Under the pieces are notes generated by a model. That model saw only the letters and a program-made list of their open reading frames with translations. It did not search any database and was not told the origin of the DNA. Positions 58,000-64,000 of a stretch of DNA of 64,000 nucleotides are shown one piece after another. This DNA is from Synechococcus sp. (lineage in GTDB: Bacteria; Cyanobacteriota; Cyanobacteriia; PCC-6307; Cyanobiaceae): assembly GCA_047285805.1 (NCBI GenBank), contig JBJBCN010000003.1, forward strand, positions 911,745-975,744, written 5' to 3'. A program made the position numbers and the translations under genes. The first letter of the stretch is position 1. Each line of letters starts with the position of its first letter.

Positions 58000-58741
58000 T
58001 TCGGCGCCACTGGACGTAGCTGTTGGTCACGGTCGTTGCCATCAGGCAGAGGGAGGGCACCACCACCACACAAGTGATCGGCAGACCTGAGCCATCCCAG
58101 AGCAGTTCGCTCAACAGGCCCAAGGCGAAGGGCTGCACAGTGATGGCGAGCAGCACCCCCGCCAGGGCGATCAATCCAGGTCCCTGGTGCTCGAGCAGCA
58201 AGAAGCCGACGCGAAAGGCTTTGGTGGCCCCCATCCCTTCAGCAACAACCAAGCAGGCGTTGAAGAGCTGACTGAAGGCCAGCGCCCCTCCGACGACCAC
58301 ACCCAGCACGAGAGGCAAGGGGGCCAGGGGCTGTGCCACCAGCAGCAGAAAGGACCAACTCAAAAAGCTGATCAGCACGATCAGGCTGAGGGCTGCGGTG
58401 AGGCGCAGGACTCCTCGGGTGAGGTGCCAGCTGCAAGCTCCGTGCCAGCGATAGAGGGAGCGCGCCTGGGGGACACGCCCGCGGCTCAGGTCCAGCCCAG
58501 CCCGGGTCAGGCCATCGATCAGCCAGATCAGGCTGATGGCATAGAGGATGACCCCGACCATGTACAGCAACACCCCGAGGACGGCGTTGGTGAGGCCATC
58601 CCCAAGACCAAACACGGTCCAGCCGAGCAGGTGCAGGCCAAGCATGCTGGCCGTAAATCCCAGAACAACCCACGGGTGAGCCCTCAGCTGGCTGAGGCTG
58701 TCGAGCAGGGCTCGCCCCGGTTGGATTTGGCGTTGCTTCAA
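57980..58741 (-). CDS. Hypothetical integral membrane protein
   Basis: About six hydrophobic segments; overlaps the EVE gene stop. Confidence 0.75.
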   Translation of the reverse strand: MKQRQIQPGRALLDSLSQLRAHPWVVLGFTASMLGLHLLGWTVFGLGDGLTNAVLGVLLYMVGVILYAISLIWLIDGLTRAGLDLSRGRVPQARSLYRWHGACSWHLTRGVLRLTAALSLIVLISFLSWSFLLLVAQPLAPLPLVLGVVVGGALAFSQLFNACLVVAEGMGATKAFRVGFLLLEHQGPGLIALAGVLLAITVQPFALGLLSELLWDGSGLPITCVVVVPSLCLMATTVTNSYVQWRRIRRGAR

Positions 58742-59202
58742 AGGGGACCGAGGAGAGCCAAGAGTCGCTCCGCGCTGGCCTCGGGGATCGGCAGAATCGA
58801 GAGGCGATTGCCTTGCCGGATCACAGGCAATTCTTCAACGCTGAAGTTTTGCCGCAGGGCATCTAAGCTCAAAAGGGAACCAAACGTGCCGACGTACTTG
58901 AGCCGAACGCAGTCCCAGCGAGGTACTTCCGGTTTGGACTTGGGATCGAAGTACTTGCTCTCTGAATCGAATTGAGAAGGATCTGTGATTCTTGTTTCGA
59001 TCACCTCCATCATCCCGACAATGCCTGGTGGCTTGGCATTGGAGTGGTAAAAAAATGCCTGATCACCGATTGACATCGAGCGCATAAAATTGCGCGCTTG
59101 GTAGTTGCGAATGCCGTCCCAGAGCGTTGTCCCCTCCTGTTGGAGATGCTGGATGCCGTAGACATCTGGCTCGCTCTTCATTAGCCAATAACTTATCTTC
59201 AT
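58738..59202 (-). CDS. EVE domain protein
   Basis: YWLMKSEP, WDGIRNYQARNF, FFYHS, RLSI. Confidence 0.93.
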   Translation of the reverse strand: MKISYWLMKSEPDVYGIQHLQQEGTTLWDGIRNYQARNFMRSMSIGDQAFFYHSNAKPPGIVGMMEVIETRITDPSQFDSESKYFDPKSKPEVPRWDCVRLKYVGTFGSLLSLDALRQNFSVEELPVIRQGNRLSILPIPEASAERLLALLGPL

Positions 59203-62200
59203 TTCACCACGCGTATTAAGGAGATCACGTCAGGCGATGGATGTCTCATGCTTGGAAGTTCGATTATAGTCTAAACTCTGTTCATTCACAAATGCCGCAA
59301 GTTATCAGGCTTATCAGGCTGTGCCGGACGCATGATCTCAGCTGACTAACACGATTAAATACTGGTCGACCTCGCTCTACAAGGCGAATCGCCAGAAAGA
59401 ATAATTTCCTGCATGGAGATTTCTGGGTTGACAAGCATAGGCAACATCGTCTGCGTTTGATAGGAGTATATTGTTGTCAATAAACTCCTCGGACCCATGG
59501 CTTTTGGAGCTTCTCGCTTGACGTCAGCCGCTCCATCGGTTCTGAGTTCAGCTACTAGGTGAAATGCATCTTGCTGGAAAACATATTGACATTTGATGAC
59601 CAGTAAAGGTTCTGCGACACACCAGGCTCTGTTTGCATAAATATAGCTAGATTATATTTTTAGTTTTTTGAGAGTCTCATCTCGAGAATATATCCTAAAG
59701 CGTTTTAACTTTGCGCCTTTCTTGCTTCTGCTAAAGCCTATTGCAACCCCTAAGTAATGGGCATTCCTGTGATTGAATCAATACTGATTCTATTCGAACT
59801 AGTAGAAGTAATAACGTCTTCAATGCGCTCATTTGTCAAGCTCGAATCAAGACCGAGCAAGAGTGCCGCAAGCCCTGCGACGTGTGGAGTTGCCATTGAA
59901 GTACCGCTCCAGGTTTCATAGCTGTTGTCCTTGTAAGAAGAATAAATTTGTACGCCTGGAGCAGTTACATAATTGATGGTTGTTTCACCTGCCTTATTAG
60001 ACCAGCTGGCAAACTCTTCGTTTCGATCAATAGCTCCGACAGCAATTCCGTAATTACTCGCATAAGCTGCTGGCTTTAAAGGTGAATCAAAACCATTATT
60101 TCCAGAGCCCATAACAATCACAACGTTTTGTTCATGTGCATACTTCACTGCATTAAATATTTCAGTAGAGCCTCCCCCGGCTAGTGATAGATTAATCACA
60201 TCAGCTCCATGATCTGTCGCCCAACGTATACCCAATGCAATATCTGTGTTTTTACCAGCTCCATTTTCATTAAGAACCCGTATTGGCATGATGAGTGAAG
60301 ATGGTGCTACTCCCCAAACACCTTGACCGTCATCAGCACCAGCAACTAATCCTGCAACGTGAGTTCCATGTCCATTTAAATCATCAGGATTGTCATCCAT
60401 ATCTACAAAATCAAAACCTTGAACCAGTCGCCCTGAGAATTCCGGATGGTCTAGATCAACACCGGTGTCAATAACCGCAACAACAATATCTTCTCCAGTG
60501 CTGCCTCTCAAATTCTGCGATCCAGCCCAGACACTTGTAGTGTTTAAGAGATCAAGATTCCAATGATTACCACCTAGGTTTGGCCTTGAATCAAGAGATA
60601 ATCCAGTTAAAAGCTCTGAAGCATACTCAGCATTAACCGTACCGTACCCATCTTCTGGTGAATAGTTTTCAATAATAGAAAATGATGCTTCGTTGCGAGT
60701 ATCTAATGGATTCGAATCTTCATCAGACGACGAAAAAACTTCTTTCAAGGCCAAGCTGTACGTACCCTCATATCGATTATCCCAACTTCTAACTTCTACG
60801 TAATAGTTGCCTGAGTATTCTGCTGTATATGAGAATTGCGAGTCGCGTATCTGACCAAGTAAAATATCATCATTTTGCCACAGTAACCGACCATCTTCTG
60901 CGCGTAGATACAAGTATGTGTCTTCACAAGTAATGCCATTACTCATGAACTCATATGTATGATCATCGTGAAGTTCAACTTTAAACCAATCTGAGTCTCC
61001 AATGGATTCAAGATCACCATTGACGCTCTCACCAACATCTAGATTCCGTGCGGATCCAGGTGTTTGACCACTGTCGTCAATTACTGAAGTGTAGCCTATT
61101 TCATAATCTCCAATAAAACGGTTTTCCCAACTATTTGCTTCTAGATAGTAGTCGCCTGAATACAAAGCACGATAGATAAGCTTGGAATTTCGTTCTCTTC
61201 CAAGTACAATGTCATCGTTACTTGCAAGCCAGGCCCCGCTTTCATCGTATAAGTACATATAAGGATCCTCAAGGGATAACCCATTCATCCAGAATTCGTA
61301 GCTATTCCCCTCTTCTAGTCTGAGTTTAAACCAGTCCTTGTCGCTTACGAATGAAAGCGAGCTAACATTTCTGTCTCCATCTTCCAGATATTGATCTGTT
61401 GCTTTGGAGGCGCTAACATCGTTTTCTAGAATAGAGTAAGCAATACTGTAGTCTCCTTCAAACGCATCTTCATGTGAACTCGCGGCAAAATAAACTACTT
61501 TGTCTGACTCAGCTTCCACTACTAGCCTAGAGTCTTTGGTTGCGCCGAACAACTCATCATCGTTGCTCGTGAGTACTTCTCCATCCTTATCAACCAAATA
61601 AAGATGTGGATCTTCCAGGCTTATTCCATTTAGCTTAATCTCATATGATTTCCCTTTAGAGACTGAAAGCTTAAATATGTCGCGGTCACCATTCCAGTTT
61701 ATCTTCCCTTCAGTATTACCCCTATCAGTGATGTCTATTGCGCCTTCAGTAAAATTAGTGACATCGTCATCAATTGTGTCTATCAAAAGCCTGTATTCGC
61801 CTGTGTATAAGTCGTCAAAAGAACCAATGTCAATAAAATACTCGCCTGTAATATTAGAGGTGTAGTAAAGGAGGCTGTCGCGAATGACTCCGAGTTGAAT
61901 GTCGTCGTTATATGCAATAAGTTCTCCCTCGCCGCTTCTTAGGCGTAAATATGGATCTTCTAGTGTAATCCCACTTAGACTTATCCGATATGTCTGATCT
62001 CCATTGAATGCAACCTTGTACCAATCATGATCTCCCAGATGATCCAGTGTTCCTCTTAGCTCTGTCTCCACTTCAATAGTATTTGTTGTTGACCCATTAT
62101 CCGGCACAGCATCAGATGTTTCCTCAATGCTTAAAGCTAGCTTGTATGATGTGCTGACGTTCTTGTCAATCAGCTCAATAGAAATAAAGTAGTTGCCTTC

Positions 62201-64000
62201 ATTTAGAGCCCCTAGCCTCGTATCTCTACCTAAACTCTCCTCTTCAAAAGTTAGGCTACTGATTTCTTCTTTATTTGCATCGAAAATAGTTACCTTAAGG
62301 GCTGAGCTGTAGTCTCCAAGCCTAACCAGAAGATCTCCAAAGGTATCTACTTGTATCTCGAAAAAATCAATTGTATCAAGCGGACCAAGATGCTCTGTAA
62401 CTTCGGAACCCTGTATGTCTAGTGCAAGAGCGTCACTATGTGTATTGCCAGCCTCATCCTTGAAGATATTTTCTGGCCAAGGCATGGCTATGTTGCCGTC
62501 TGTAAATATTACCTTCTCAAATCCAACAGCGTTTATCGTCCTCTCAGTTGAGTTATTGAGGATTACGTTATTAGCTTCAAAGGTGTAGTCCGCCAATGAA
62601 CCTGCGAGAACAAGGGTGTCATCGCCATCGCCCGCGTCTATCTTGTCTCCATCAGCTGCCTTAACCAAGTCATTTCCCGCACCTGTATTGATTTTCAAGT
62701 CTCCATTTGATGTGATTATGTCCCCGCCACGTGAGCCATAGACTGTATTAAATCCAAGAATAGATATGGAGTTACTAGAACCTTCTACTAAATTAAGTAT
62801 CGATAGCTTTCCCTGCTTGTCATCGTACACAATTGTACTGTCCGTGCTGTCACTAAAGTCAATTGTGTTGTCGAATGAATCATTTCCATTGATCGATTCT
62901 ATGCCGCCTATAAAGTAATCTCTATGTCCGCCATTCTTAACAACTTTCCAGTCTTTCAAAAGAGTAATGGCCTGTTCAAATCCTTGATAGTTAATGGTGT
63001 CATAGCCTTCCGTGTTGACGTAATCATCACTTCCACCTGAAGCGGCGAAAACGTCGTCCCATCTAGTGCCAGAAAAGGATTCGCTAGCGTCACTTCCGCT
63101 GTGACTTATTACGATCTTTCCATCTCGATTTATGTCCTGCTTAAAGAACTGCTCTTTCCTTTCGACTTCTTGAGCATTCAAAAAACCGGTTGAGGATATC
63201 GCTTTACCTGATGCATCTACTGTTAAGATCGCGATCTGCTCTCTTTCGGGATTGCCAAAGAGAACATCGTAATAATCGCCCTCAGCAGAAACTTCAACCC
63301 CAAAGGGCTGGTATAATCTGAGACTTGATTCGGAGATATTGCTTAGCCGTATTTCGGGCGTGTCAATGTAGAAGTCATTTGATCCTTTGAGTAAAGCTGT
63401 TCCACCCATATTTTCAATGATTTCTAGATTATCGGCTATGGCTCCATTTCTGTTTAAATCGCGTCTGAAGTACCCTTCGTAGTCCTCAATCTTCTGATCG
63501 CTTAGTAGTAGGCTGGACCACATTTGCTCTCCTTCTTGATTAAATCTGTAAACCAGGTTTTCTTCCGAATTGTTCCGCCAAGCAACTAAGAATTGGCCTT
63601 CATATGTGCTCTTTATCGCTGTAGTAGCCTTCCATCCTGCAGCTAGCGACTGAAGTGGTGAAATGAATTGCTCTCCCTGCCTAAGCTCTATTGAGCCGTT
63701 GATTAAAAATCTATCATCTCCCGATATGGTTAGAGCAACGCCTTCATTTATGTCAACCGTCTTACTCAGAACTTTGTTTGTGCTGTAGAGGCTGATGAGT
63801 TCGCTTGTGCCCTGCAGATCTACATATGAAATATCTACAGAGATTGTGGAATCGATATCATTTTGCGAGAGAGAGTATGAGTTGGAGTTAGCGCCGTTAA
63901 TGGGTGAGTTATTGCGTAACCACTGAATCGAGGGTGCATGCCTTCCGGAGGAAGGTATGCCGTCTTGATCGGTGAGAGAGGAGAGGTCAATGGAGAGAGT
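59203..64000. other. AT-rich, probably horizontally acquired island (continues beyond the window)
   Basis: GC falls from about 65% to about 40% (estimated by eye); A/T-ending codons dominate. Confidence 0.8.
59750..64000 (-). CDS. Large modular S8 (subtilisin) serine protease with PPC-like and Ca-binding repeats; 5' end outside window, at least 1416 aa
   Basis: Catalytic VIDTG, HGTHVAG and GTSMATPHVAG; hand translation shows the frame is open from 63523 to 64000. Confidence 0.9.
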   Translation of the reverse strand, partial: TLSIDLSSLTDQDGIPSSGRHAPSIQWLRNNSPINGANSNSYSLSQNDIDSTISVDISYVDLQGTSELISLYSTNKVLSKTVDINEGVALTISGDDRFLINGSIELRQGEQFISPLQSLAAGWKATTAIKSTYEGQFLVAWRNNSEENLVYRFNQEGEQMWSSLLLSDQKIEDYEGYFRRDLNRNGAIADNLEIIENMGGTALLKGSNDFYIDTPEIRLSNISESSLRLYQPFGVEVSAEGDYYDVLFGNPEREQIAILTVDASGKAISSTGFLNAQEVERKEQFFKQDINRDGKIVISHSGSDASESFSGTRWDDVFAASGGSDDYVNTEGYDTINYQGFEQAITLLKDWKVVKNGGHRDYFIGGIESINGNDSFDNTIDFSDSTDSTIVYDDKQGKLSILNLVEGSSNSISILGFNTVYGSRGGDIITSNGDLKINTGAGNDLVKAADGDKIDAGDGDDTLVLAGSLADYTFEANNVILNNSTERTINAVGFEKVIFTDGNIAMPWPENIFKDEAGNTHSDALALDIQGSEVTEHLGPLDTIDFFEIQVDTFGDLLVRLGDYSSALKVTIFDANKEEISSLTFEEESLGRDTRLGALNEGNYFISIELIDKNVSTSYKLALSIEETSDAVPDNGSTTNTIEVETELRGTLDHLGDHDWYKVAFNGDQTYRISLSGITLEDPYLRLRSGEGELIAYNDDIQLGVIRDSLLYYTSNITGEYFIDIGSFDDLYTGEYRLLIDTIDDDVTNFTEGAIDITDRGNTEGKINWNGDRDIFKLSVSKGKSYEIKLNGISLEDPHLYLVDKDGEVLTSNDDELFGATKDSRLVVEAESDKVVYFAASSHEDAFEGDYSIAYSILENDVSASKATDQYLEDGDRNVSSLSFVSDKDWFKLRLEEGNSYEFWMNGLSLEDPYMYLYDESGAWLASNDDIVLGRERNSKLIYRALYSGDYYLEANSWENRFIGDYEIGYTSVIDDSGQTPGSARNLDVGESVNGDLESIGDSDWFKVELHDDHTYEFMSNGITCEDTYLYLRAEDGRLLWQNDDILLGQIRDSQFSYTAEYSGNYYVEVRSWDNRYEGTYSLALKEVFSSSDEDSNPLDTRNEASFSIIENYSPEDGYGTVNAEYASELLTGLSLDSRPNLGGNHWNLDLLNTTSVWAGSQNLRGSTGEDIVVAVIDTGVDLDHPEFSGRLVQGFDFVDMDDNPDDLNGHGTHVAGLVAGADDGQGVWGVAPSSLIMPIRVLNENGAGKNTDIALGIRWATDHGADVINLSLAGGGSTEIFNAVKYAHEQNVVIVMGSGNNGFDSPLKPAAYASNYGIAVGAIDRNEEFASWSNKAGETTINYVTAPGVQIYSSYKDNSYETWSGTSMATPHVAGLAALLLGLDSSLTNERIEDVITSTSSNRISIDSITGMPIT

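Noticed and set aside
60700..62460. Repetitive region as a CRISPR or DNA-level repeat array
   Set aside because: The repeats are diverged protein domains within one frame; no identical repeat-spacer pattern and no cas genes

Overview
This is a high-GC picocyanobacterial chromosome segment, probably Synechococcus/Cyanobium-like (inferred from the phycobilisome genes and gene order). About 59 kb is core genome: rpoC2 3' end, hli, rlmN, a biotin cluster (bioF-esterase-bioC-bioD, no bioA), a HelY-type helicase, purB, glnB, queF, ccsB/ccdA, ftsW, apcEABC, both ATP synthase operons, ald, nadE/nadD, pepP, PSRP-3, groES/groEL, msrB, secG, gpmI, pyrR, ftrV and rpoZ. From about 59.2 kb an AT-rich island begins. 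It carries a >1400-aa modular protein (Ig-like, Trp-rich, RTX-like and five PPC-like repeats, C-terminal subtilisin) that runs off the window edge. Signals the ORF track misses: four small proteins, a fused mscL/amt pseudogene scar, a perfect 20-bp hairpin in an orphan spacer, a DnaA-box-like cluster, a low-GC 3' third of apcE, a HAD gene that needs a non-canonical start, and a CIRCE with a short spacer. I found no rRNA, tRNA, CRISPR array or transposase. I cannot demonstrate a complete new system here; the best leads are the island protease, the DnaA-box-like cluster and the apcE mosaic. Family assignments come from motif recognition, not database searches.
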